IMG/VR virus record: IMGVR_UViG_3300025138_000025
Location: 24,166-88,165 of that record
DNA length: 64,000 bases
From: a virus
Strand: one strand, 5' to 3'
Below, piece by piece: positions 48,215 through 56,168 of the stretch. Made by a program: the position numbers and the translations under genes. How positions within the stretch are numbered: the stretch's first letter is position 1; the number at the start of each line of letters is the position of its first letter. The notes under the pieces were generated by a model. It was not told where the DNA came from, ran no database searches, and saw only the letters and a program-made list of their open reading frames with translations.

Positions 48215-48858
48215 TGAAAATATTCGTAGGCTATGAATCAGCATATCCTGAAATGTTTGAAGTGTGTAAGGCATCAATCTTACGATTTAATCCTACACAC
48301 GAAGTTATACCTTTAATTACTTCGGAATTAGAGGAACAAGGAATCTACTATAGAAAAGAAAAAGGAAATACCGAATTTGCTTTTACTAGATTTCTTGTAC
48401 CTCAACTTTCCAACTACATGGGATATTCTCTATTCTGTGATGGTGACTTTCTATGGAGATGTGACCCACAAGAGATAACTCATTTTAAGAAAGATAATGA
48501 AGAAGTTATGTGCGTACAACATGCAGACTTAATGTTTGACCAATACACTAAGATGCATGATAAATTAAACAAACCTTATGAGAAAAAATATTGGTCATCT
48601 TTAATGTACTTTAATAATAAAGAGTGTACAATGCTAAATGAGTGGTATGTGAACAATGCTGCCGCTAAACATTTACATGGGTTTACTTGGGCTAGTAACT
48701 TAGGTTCTTTACCTGCTGCTTATAATGCTCTAGTAAATTATTACGATTTTGGTGAAAGAGCCAAAGGAGTACATTTTACAGACGGTGGACCATGGATGGG
48801 TATTTACGACCATGACGAATACTGTAAAGAATGGACAGACATATATAATTCATTATAA
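48214..48858 (+). CDS. GT-A glycosyltransferase (GT8-like)
   Basis: KIFVGY, TEFAFTRFLVP, FCDGD, WSSLM, HFTDGGPW. Confidence 0.88.
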   Translation: MKIFVGYESAYPEMFEVCKASILRFNPTHEVIPLITSELEEQGIYYRKEKGNTEFAFTRFLVPQLSNYMGYSLFCDGDFLWRCDPQEITHFKKDNEEVMCVQHADLMFDQYTKMHDKLNKPYEKKYWSSLMYFNNKECTMLNEWYVNNAAAKHLHGFTWASNLGSLPAAYNALVNYYDFGERAKGVHFTDGGPWMGIYDHDEYCKEWTDIYNSL

Positions 48859-49775
48859 TGAGAAACATACCTGTAACAGCAGTAGACCAGTATGATTTTT
48901 TAGCACACAGGCGTGAGCAAGAAAAGTTACATTGGGAAAAGAAAAGCGCACTAACAGAGTTAGACTCAATTCTTACTGTTGAAATAAATACTACAGAGTT
49001 ATGTAATAGAACTTGTGTCTTTTGTCCGAGACACGACCCCAAAGTATTTCCAAATAGAAACTTGCATCTTACCACAAAAGGAGCCGAAACAATCGGTCTC
49101 GAACTAGGTAAGGCAGGTTTTAGTGGAAAAATATCATTGAGTGGATTCGGAGAGAATTTACTTAATCCAAATTTCAGAGAGATAGTTCATATCTTTCGAC
49201 ACACAGTTCCATTAGCAACTTTAGAGTGTAATACTAATGGAGATAAATTAACCCAAACATACGCACAAGAACTATTTGAATATAGTGGATTAGACTTGAT
49301 TTACATAAATCTTTATGATGGTGTAGAACAAATGACTCACTTTGATAAAGTTATGAAGAACATACCTGAAGAAAAGTACAAATATCGTATGCATTGGGGT
49401 GACTTTAAAGACCATGGCTTAATACTTAACAACCGTAGCGGGGTCATCGATTGGGTAGGTATAGAAGAATCTAGTATAACTTCTTTAAAAGGAAAGCCAT
49501 GTCACTATCCTTTCTACAAAATGTTCGTAGATTGGAATGGAGATGTTCTATTTTGTAGTAACGACTGGGGTAGGGAACATGTTGTGGGAAATTTGCTGCA
49601 AGATACATTACACAATGTATGGTTCGGTAAACCTATGACAAAAATTCGTAAAAAATTAATGAGAGGAGACAGGTCACAAAGCCCTTGTAATAAGTGTAGT
49701 GTAGACGGTTCTCTGTTTGGAAAAGAATCTTTCAATCTAGTAAAGGAGTACTATGAAAATCGCAGTAACAGGTAG
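48858..49775 (+). CDS. radical SAM protein with SPASM/twitch domain (copy 2)
   Basis: CNRTCVFC, GE.LL, TNG, C.YP..VDWNG..CSND..GN..CNKC. Confidence 0.92.
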   Translation: MRNIPVTAVDQYDFLAHRREQEKLHWEKKSALTELDSILTVEINTTELCNRTCVFCPRHDPKVFPNRNLHLTTKGAETIGLELGKAGFSGKISLSGFGENLLNPNFREIVHIFRHTVPLATLECNTNGDKLTQTYAQELFEYSGLDLIYINLYDGVEQMTHFDKVMKNIPEEKYKYRMHWGDFKDHGLILNNRSGVIDWVGIEESSITSLKGKPCHYPFYKMFVDWNGDVLFCSNDWGREHVVGNLLQDTLHNVWFGKPMTKIRKKLMRGDRSQSPCNKCSVDGSLFGKESFNLVKEYYENRSNR

Positions 49776-50256
49776 CAGTAAATTAGCAAATTATATACAA
49801 GGTAATAAAATAAGAGTAGAGTTTGGGGCAGATTGGTCACAATATGATGTATTCGTAAACAATGCTCATGTAGAGTGGGAACAATGCAGACTTCTCGAAG
49901 AAGTGTATGAGGTATGGAAAGATGATGAAACTAAAACAATAGTTAATATTTCGTCAAGAGCCCATCAACCTAATATATCTAAAGGATATAAGTACGCTGC
50001 ACAAAAGGCCGCTCTAAATCATATGGCAACTAACTTAAATTATAACAGTAATGCCAAGTGTAGAATTGCTACAATCAATTTTGGGTTATTAGAGTCTTCA
50101 ATGCATTCAAGTATCTCATACGAGAGAGCAGGTGAGTGGGTAGATTGGGTGATAAAAAACCCAGACATTACTGAAATAACAATTGAAAATCCTGGAAATT
50201 ATATCCAAATTCAGAATGAAAAAGAAATCGCTAGAAGTTTGGGATTGAAGTCATAA
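49753..50256 (+). CDS. short-chain dehydrogenase/reductase (compact)
   Basis: AVTG, VNNA, NISS, YAAQK. Confidence 0.8.
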   Translation: MKIAVTGSSKLANYIQGNKIRVEFGADWSQYDVFVNNAHVEWEQCRLLEEVYEVWKDDETKTIVNISSRAHQPNISKGYKYAAQKAALNHMATNLNYNSNAKCRIATINFGLLESSMHSSISYERAGEWVDWVIKNPDITEITIENPGNYIQIQNEKEIARSLGLKS

Positions 50257-50885
50257 TGGGACGAGTAATATTAGTAGGAAATTCAGTAGAATTACTTCAA
50301 CACGAGTACGGCTCATATATTGACAGTTTTGACACAATTGTTAGATTTGGAAAAGGCATACCTACAAATGAGAATTTCGTCTCGATAGGTAAAAAAACTG
50401 ATATGTGGATTACAGGTTTCTTAAGACAGAAGTACTGGAAACACTTTAAAGACGCAAAAGTTTTATTTAACCGATGTCGAATACATATGGACAAAGAACC
50501 TATCACTCCTAAGGTAGAAGGATTAGAGTTTACGAATATGTTTAGTGATGAAGAGATACTAGAAATATTTGATTTGGTAGGAGCTATCAATGGTAAAGCA
50601 GATGGAGGCAATCGTCCTTCAGCAGGTTTCCTAGGTATAATGTATTTCTTGAATAAGTGTGAGTATGATAGTTTGGAAATTATAGGATTTGATTTCTTTG
50701 CTAAAAAGTTACCATTCTCCACAGGGGCAGACTATCCTGCTAGTTGGCATTTACCAGTTAATAGTATTTCAAAGACTCCTCATAATCCTAATGAGAGACA
50801 AATAGTAAAAGAACTATCCGATAGAGGTAGATTAAATTGGAAGATTCTCTCCAACTTAGAAGAAGAATATTTAGATTTTTCCTAG
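50256..50885 (+). CDS. GT29 sialyltransferase-like protein
   Basis: LVGNS..G..IDSFD.IVR..G.KT, PSAG, GFDF, H...E motifs. Confidence 0.8.
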   Translation: MGRVILVGNSVELLQHEYGSYIDSFDTIVRFGKGIPTNENFVSIGKKTDMWITGFLRQKYWKHFKDAKVLFNRCRIHMDKEPITPKVEGLEFTNMFSDEEILEIFDLVGAINGKADGGNRPSAGFLGIMYFLNKCEYDSLEIIGFDFFAKKLPFSTGADYPASWHLPVNSISKTPHNPNERQIVKELSDRGRLNWKILSNLEEEYLDFS

Positions 50886-51821
50886 TCTAAATCCTACTTT
50901 CACCAAAGACCCAGCTACGCGTTTCTGCTTAGCTGATTTCAATAATAATTTTTCATTGTTCCTAGCATTTCTTAAGTTAATAGGTATGCTTGGAATCAAA
51001 TTAGTATACATATCCCAAGGTAGGGAGAGCTGTACACAAGTAGGTAACAGTAAGTAGTCTTTGATTAACCACTTATGTTGTATGTTTATTGTAAAAGATT
51101 TTCTTAACATTACATTATAGTTTACACTATCTAAAGGCCCAATGGCTTCTTTCTCTACTAGAATATCGTTTTTACCATTCATGTATAATGGTACAAATTT
51201 ATGTTGATAAGTTAGTAGCTTTCCGACGAAACATTCAGTACCTGCTTGATATAGCAGTCTGTCTATCTTTGGCATGTTAGGAGATTGAGCTGCTAGTGCA
51301 TCAGTCTCAGTTGGACAGAATAGTTCTTCCAATGGGAAAGTCTTTAACATGTTATAATTAAATATCATAAACTCTGGGTCAATGTTTTCCATTTTAGTTG
51401 GTGCAATAGGTATTTGTAAAATTCTGTAGAAGTCCTTGAATCTTGGATGTTTTCTAAAAACTCTTTTATGTGATAAGAAAGAAACAGAGCCACTAAAGAA
51501 ATCTTCATTAGGGAAGTTGTTTGCCCATTTACCATTTATTATATTATTACCACCTAGCCATACTATTCTTTTATGTAGTCCACCTTTATCTTTCCAATGG
51601 TCTAATAGATGTAGCATGCATTTTGCTAAGTCTGACTGTCTCCAAAAGGACTCATATATCTTTACGTTAGGAAAGTTATCCAGTATCCATTCTATAGGTG
51701 CTTCTGCCCAGTCTTTATTATTTACGTAAAGATGTATTCTTACTTCTTCTTTATCAGGCAGGAGTGAAGCTAAAGTAAACATACTCCATACTTTTTTATA
51801 GGGGTGTACTATTTCAATCAT
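50871..51821 (-). CDS. glycosyltransferase-like protein (GT-A/GT8-like, divergent)
   Basis: TLASL..IHLY..IVWLGG..FMIFN..PW spacing; canonical DxD not seen. Confidence 0.45.
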   Translation of the reverse strand: MIEIVHPYKKVWSMFTLASLLPDKEEVRIHLYVNNKDWAEAPIEWILDNFPNVKIYESFWRQSDLAKCMLHLLDHWKDKGGLHKRIVWLGGNNIINGKWANNFPNEDFFSGSVSFLSHKRVFRKHPRFKDFYRILQIPIAPTKMENIDPEFMIFNYNMLKTFPLEELFCPTETDALAAQSPNMPKIDRLLYQAGTECFVGKLLTYQHKFVPLYMNGKNDILVEKEAIGPLDSVNYNVMLRKSFTINIQHKWLIKDYLLLPTCVQLSLPWDMYTNLIPSIPINLRNARNNEKLLLKSAKQKRVAGSLVKVGFRLGKI

Positions 51822-52680
51822 GTTTTTTTATCTTTTTAAATTCCCAAAAGTTGTTAATATACGCTTGGAGTCTTTCTTCTGCATCTTCGTCAAAATCAAA
51901 TATAATTCCAGAGTTTTTTGCTGAAAATATCTTACGAAGTGCAAGGTATGAGTCTCTATTTGATATCGTATCGTAAAAGCTCTCATAGGTTAGTAAATTT
52001 TTCTCTCTCGCTACTTTAGGAAAGCTAACAAGAGAAAGTTTCTTTCTGAGAAGGATTGCAATTAATCCCATCTCACTATTAGGTGCGGTAGCTACTTCAC
52101 TACTATTAAGTAGTAATTCATACCCACCTTCTTTTTTATTTAGTACATTAGCAGCACCAAATCTTCTTTTTAAATCTGCGATGTAGATAGGAGCGGTAAT
52201 TGGATGAGGTTTAATTTTATATCCTTCATTTACTAATTTACCTACTCTATTATAATCAATCACTGTTCCTTTACATAATAAGTTACTTCCTGGTGGAAAG
52301 ATAACTTTATCGTGAAACTCTGTGTTCCATTGTAAAGTATACTTGTTCTGTAAATTATTTTTTATCTTATCGATTCTTTCTTCATCTATTTTTATGTCTG
52401 AATTAGTAATCGATTTAAATAATTTAGTATTTATCTTTACAGAGTTAACTCTACAATATATTCCTTTACCTAAAAAATCTGTATACAACCATTTTCTAAT
52501 ACTGTGTAATTCATTAGTGTTAAACCATAAATCATATTCCCAGTCTATACCTTCATTAGTTTTTAGCTCTAATTTTCTTTTAAGGTTGGCTAAACCATCA
52601 AGGTCATCTTTAGGTCTAAAAGAAGAACCTGACTTCATAAAATGAGTTGCGACATCGCCCAGAGACTCATTTATTGTCAT
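51814..52680 (-). CDS. capsule-biosynthesis/sialyltransferase-like GT-B protein
   Basis: IKPHP and later LL....V...NSEMGL.A.L..K motif as in KpsS/KpsC-type proteins; start uncertain (52680 or 52725). Confidence 0.55.
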   Translation of the reverse strand: MTINESLGDVATHFMKSGSSFRPKDDLDGLANLKRKLELKTNEGIDWEYDLWFNTNELHSIRKWLYTDFLGKGIYCRVNSVKINTKLFKSITNSDIKIDEERIDKIKNNLQNKYTLQWNTEFHDKVIFPPGSNLLCKGTVIDYNRVGKLVNEGYKIKPHPITAPIYIADLKRRFGAANVLNKKEGGYELLLNSSEVATAPNSEMGLIAILLRKKLSLVSFPKVAREKNLLTYESFYDTISNRDSYLALRKIFSAKNSGIIFDFDEDAEERLQAYINNFWEFKKIKKHD

Positions 52681-52699
52681 CGCTGTTAGCGGCTTCTTT

Positions 52700-52867
52700 T
52701 TAGGACGCTTTCTTGTTCTCTGCATTTTTTGCCTCGAAAAGTTGTTTTTCCATATTCTTCATTCGTTCTTCCATTTCTCCAATGCTGTCAAATATTGCTA
52801 ACATCATTGATTCCAGTTTTTTATTGAGATAGTCTGGTGTAATCTCGTCGTTCGTTGGTTTTATCAT
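52700..52867 (-). CDS. small coiled-coil protein (not in ORF track)
   Basis: 55-aa ORF MIKPTNDEITPDYLNKKLE.. starting 3 nt after the repeat-protein stop. Confidence 0.65.
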   Translation of the reverse strand: MIKPTNDEITPDYLNKKLESMMLAIFDSIGEMEERMKNMEKQLFEAKNAENKKAS

Positions 52868-52870
52868 TTT

Positions 52871-55800
52871 TTAAGAATCGCTCCATTCTGAGCCATCCCA
52901 ATAAGACAATCCAAAGTCTGCAAGACTCGCAACTTCGGTATCAAATATTGTACCTGCTTGGGAGGCGGTTATTCTTTCAAATACTGTTGTTGTTGTATCG
53001 AAAGTAGTTGTTGTTAAGTGGTCAGTTGTTCTGTTTGTTTCTGTTGCTTTTGTAGTTTCAATAGTAGTTGTTGTAGTTCTACCTGTGGCAAAGATTGTTG
53101 TTTTTGTTGTTTCAAAAGTAGTACTTGTTCCAAATGTTGTTGTTCTAGCTGTTGCTGTATCTTTGGAAGTATCAAATGTACTTGTTGTAGTCCTACTTGA
53201 ACCAGTTGTTCTACTAGATGCGGTACCTCTATCTGTAGTGAAGGTACTTGTTGTTGTTCTACTTGATGCTGTCGCTCTTGTTGTAACTGTTCCTTGTGTA
53301 GTTGCAAAAGTAGTAGTAGTAGCTCTACTCGACGCTGTACTTCTAGTTGTATTAAATGTTGTAGTTGTAGAATGAGACGTTCCAGTTGCTCTAGAAGAAG
53401 CTCTTGAAGTAATATAAGCAGTCTCATAAGCTGTTGACTGAGTAGTATTAGTGCTTCTACTTGTATTTGTAGACTGAGCAGTATTAGTACTTCTAGCTGT
53501 GTTAGTAGCCTGAGTAGTGTTTGTACTTCTGCTTGTGTTTGTACCTTGAGTAGTAGTATATGAACTAATAGTAGCGAATGTTGTATTATCTATATAAGCA
53601 GTTGCAGTTATAAACGTAGTTGAAGTATTAGTTGTTTGTGATGTATTAGTACTTCTAGCTGTGTTAGTAGCCTGAACAGTATTTGTACTTCTACTTGTAC
53701 CAAATGATGTATTATTTGTAAAGGCTGTATTATTAGTAAACCCAGTACTTCTACTTGTATTAGTAGCTTGACTTGTGTTTGTACTTTTACTTGTAGAAAA
53801 TGATGTATTATTTGTAAAGGCTGTATTATTAGTAAACCCAGTACTTCTACTTGTATTAGTAGCTTGAGTAGTATTTGTACTTCTGCTTGTGCCAAATGCT
53901 GTGTTATCAATATACGCTGTAGAGGTATTTGTGTTTCTAGCAGTATTCGTTGCTTGAGTAGTAGTATAAGATGTTATAGTTGCAAATGATGTGTTATCGA
54001 TATACGCTGTAGCTGTATTGGTGTTTCTAGCTGTATTCGTGTTTCTAGCTGTGTTTGTATTCCTTGAAGTTCCAAATGCTGTGTTATCTATGTAAGCCGT
54101 AATTCTAGAAGTGTTAGTGTTTCTTGAAGTTCCAAATGCTGTATTATCTATGTAAGCTGTAATTCTGCTAGTGTTAGTGTTTCTTGATGTGTTTGTTGCT
54201 TGACTAGTGTTATATGCAGTACTTCTACTCGTGTTTGTATTTCTAGCTGTATTTGTAGCAAAAGCAGTGGAGTTTGTAAATCCAGTAGAGTTTGTAAATG
54301 CAGTGTTTCTAGATGTATTCGTGTTTCTAGCAGTGTTTGTACTTCTAGATGTCGATCTATCATCTGTAGCAAAGTCAGTTCCGTTTTCTGGGTCAAAATT
54401 AAGATTTACAAAGGTTGTTATGTAAGTTGTTATATTTGTAAATCCAGTTGAGTTTGTAAACCCAGTACTTCTACTTGTGTTTGTATTTCTAGCTGTGTTA
54501 GTGTTTCTAGATGTATTATTTGTAAATCCAGTAGCGTTTGTAAATCCTGTCGATCTAGTTGTACCAAATGAAGTATTATTTGTAAATCCAGTTGAGTTTG
54601 TAAACCCAGTACTTCTACTTGTATTAGTCGCCTGTGTAGTATCGTACGCTGTACTATTAGTAAACGCAGTACTTCTACTTGTATTAGTCGCCTGTGTAGT
54701 ATCGTATGCAGTAGAGTTTGTAAATCCAGTACTATCGATATACGCTGTAGATGTGTTCGTGTTTCTACTTGTATTAGTAGCTTGAGTAGTATTTGTACTT
54801 CTGCTTGTTCCAAATGCTGTATTATCTATATACGCTGTAGAGGTATTTGTGTTTCTAGCAGTATTGGTAGCCTGTGTAGTAGTATAAGATGTTATAGTAG
54901 CAAATGTAGTATTGTCTATATAAGCAGTATCTCTAGCAGTGTTAGTGCTTCTACTTGTATTAGTCGACTGTGTAGTATCGTATGTTGTTATAGTAGCAAA
55001 TGTAGTATTGTCTATATAAGCAGTATCTCTAGCAGTGTTTGTACTTCTAGATGTTGCTGTACTTTGTGTAGTAGTATAAGCTGTTATAGTTGCAAATGAT
55101 GTGTTATCAATGTAAGCTGTAGAAGTTGCAAATGTAGTTGAGGTATTAGTTGTTTGCGTTGTATTTGTGCTTCTACTTGTATTTGTAGCCTGTGTAGTAT
55201 TTGTACTTACTGTTGTTCCAAATGCTGTATTATTTATAAAGGCAGTAATAGTAGCAAATGTAGTATTGTCTATATAAGCAGTACTTGTAGCAAAAGTAGT
55301 AACATCTACATAAGCTGTTGTTGTTGCAAAAGATGTGTTTCTGCTAGTACCTATTGTTGTATCGAACGCTGTTATATATGCAGTTATAGTATTAAATGCG
55401 GTAGTCGTAGCTTTACTTGTATTAAATGTTGTAGTCGTAGTATAAGCTGTCGTTGTTGACTGAGTCGTATTAAATGTTGTTGTTGTAGTAAATGCTGTAG
55501 TTGTAGTATACGCAGTAGTAGTACCTTGTGTAGTTGTAAAGGCAGTCGTTGTAGTATAAGCTGTTGTTGTAGTAAATGCTGTAGTTGTACTGGTCGTTGT
55601 AGCAAATGTAGTAGTTGTATCAAATGTCGTTGTTCTACTTGTGTCTGTTGTTCTGCTAGTGTCGAAAGTTGTACTTCTGCTTGTATCAAAAGTTGTTGTA
55701 GTATTATAATCAGTATCAAAAGTAGTAGTCGTATTGAATACTGTATTCTGCACTCCTGATATAGTACTAGTAGTTGTAGCAGTTTGTCTTGTAGTTGCAT

Positions 55801-55939
55801 GCGTAGCAGTAAATGGCCCTGCTAAAGAACCATTATCATTTACGTAAACTTCGTTGACACGACGAATGGTTCCGCTATCATTGATAGCGATAAATCTAAC
55901 CGTCCGTAATGTACCAGAATCGTTTACGAATATTGCCAT
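52871..55939 (-). CDS. Thr/Asn/Ser-rich repetitive tail-module protein
   Basis: 1022 aa; TAYIDNT, TNTSR, STGFTN repeats; unique ends and a unique central VNLNFDPENG; in tail operon. Confidence 0.85.
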   Translation of the reverse strand: MAIFVNDSGTLRTVRFIAINDSGTIRRVNEVYVNDNGSLAGPFTATHATTRQTATTTSTISGVQNTVFNTTTTFDTDYNTTTTFDTSRSTTFDTSRTTDTSRTTTFDTTTTFATTTSTTTAFTTTTAYTTTTAFTTTQGTTTAYTTTTAFTTTTTFNTTQSTTTAYTTTTTFNTSKATTTAFNTITAYITAFDTTIGTSRNTSFATTTAYVDVTTFATSTAYIDNTTFATITAFINNTAFGTTVSTNTTQATNTSRSTNTTQTTNTSTTFATSTAYIDNTSFATITAYTTTQSTATSRSTNTARDTAYIDNTTFATITTYDTTQSTNTSRSTNTARDTAYIDNTTFATITSYTTTQATNTARNTNTSTAYIDNTAFGTSRSTNTTQATNTSRNTNTSTAYIDSTGFTNSTAYDTTQATNTSRSTAFTNSTAYDTTQATNTSRSTGFTNSTGFTNNTSFGTTRSTGFTNATGFTNNTSRNTNTARNTNTSRSTGFTNSTGFTNITTYITTFVNLNFDPENGTDFATDDRSTSRSTNTARNTNTSRNTAFTNSTGFTNSTAFATNTARNTNTSRSTAYNTSQATNTSRNTNTSRITAYIDNTAFGTSRNTNTSRITAYIDNTAFGTSRNTNTARNTNTARNTNTATAYIDNTSFATITSYTTTQATNTARNTNTSTAYIDNTAFGTSRSTNTTQATNTSRSTGFTNNTAFTNNTSFSTSKSTNTSQATNTSRSTGFTNNTAFTNNTSFGTSRSTNTVQATNTARSTNTSQTTNTSTTFITATAYIDNTTFATISSYTTTQGTNTSRSTNTTQATNTARSTNTAQSTNTSRSTNTTQSTAYETAYITSRASSRATGTSHSTTTTFNTTRSTASSRATTTTFATTQGTVTTRATASSRTTTSTFTTDRGTASSRTTGSSRTTTSTFDTSKDTATARTTTFGTSTTFETTKTTIFATGRTTTTTIETTKATETNRTTDHLTTTTFDTTTTVFERITASQAGTIFDTEVASLADFGLSYWDGSEWSDS
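53702..53867. repeat. 96-nt-period direct duplication (C-arm)
   Basis: 70-nt identical block at 53702 and 53798. Confidence 0.85.
54063..54166. repeat. 60-nt-period direct duplication (C-arm)
   Basis: Near-identical CTTGAAGTTCCAAATGCTGT..GTAATTCT at 54063 and 54123. Confidence 0.8.
54607..54705. repeat. 60-nt-period direct duplication (N-arm)
   Basis: CAGTACTTCTACTTGTATTAGTCGCCTGTGTAGTATCGTA at 54607 and 54667. Confidence 0.8.
54891..55039. repeat. 96-nt-period direct duplication (N-arm)
   Basis: GTTATAGTAGCAAATG..CTCTAGCAGTGTT at 54891 and 54987. Confidence 0.85.
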
Positions 55940-55942
55940 GTC

Positions 55943-56167
55943 TTAACTCGAGTATACGAAAAAGATGTGACCGCTAGCCGTACTTCCTACTCCGGTTGGA
56001 GCAGTGGTAGTAATTGTGTGTGGTAGTCGAGCTGAGGGCACTGTGCCTGATGTAATCTTGGCTGCTGCTATACCTGCACCTGAGAAGTTTGCACTGGAAT
56101 CCACGGCTTGCACACCGTCAATCTTTATCCCTGCATCTTCAATATTAAAATCTAATTTTTGTCCCAT
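55943..56167 (-). CDS. small tail-associated protein
   Basis: ITSGTVPSARLP fibre-like motif, G.I.FVY end. Confidence 0.65.
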   Translation of the reverse strand: MGQKLDFNIEDAGIKIDGVQAVDSSANFSGAGIAAAKITSGTVPSARLPHTITTTAPTGVGSTASGHIFFVYSS

Positions 56168-56168
56168 T

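Noticed and set aside
52871-55939. CRISPR array or non-coding tandem repeat
   Set aside because: Repeats are in-frame, vary at third codon positions and have no unique spacers or cas genes.
52871-55939. Ice-binding protein from TxT motifs
   Set aside because: TxT is common but lacks a fixed solenoid period; mirror symmetry fits a hairpin better. Not fully excluded.
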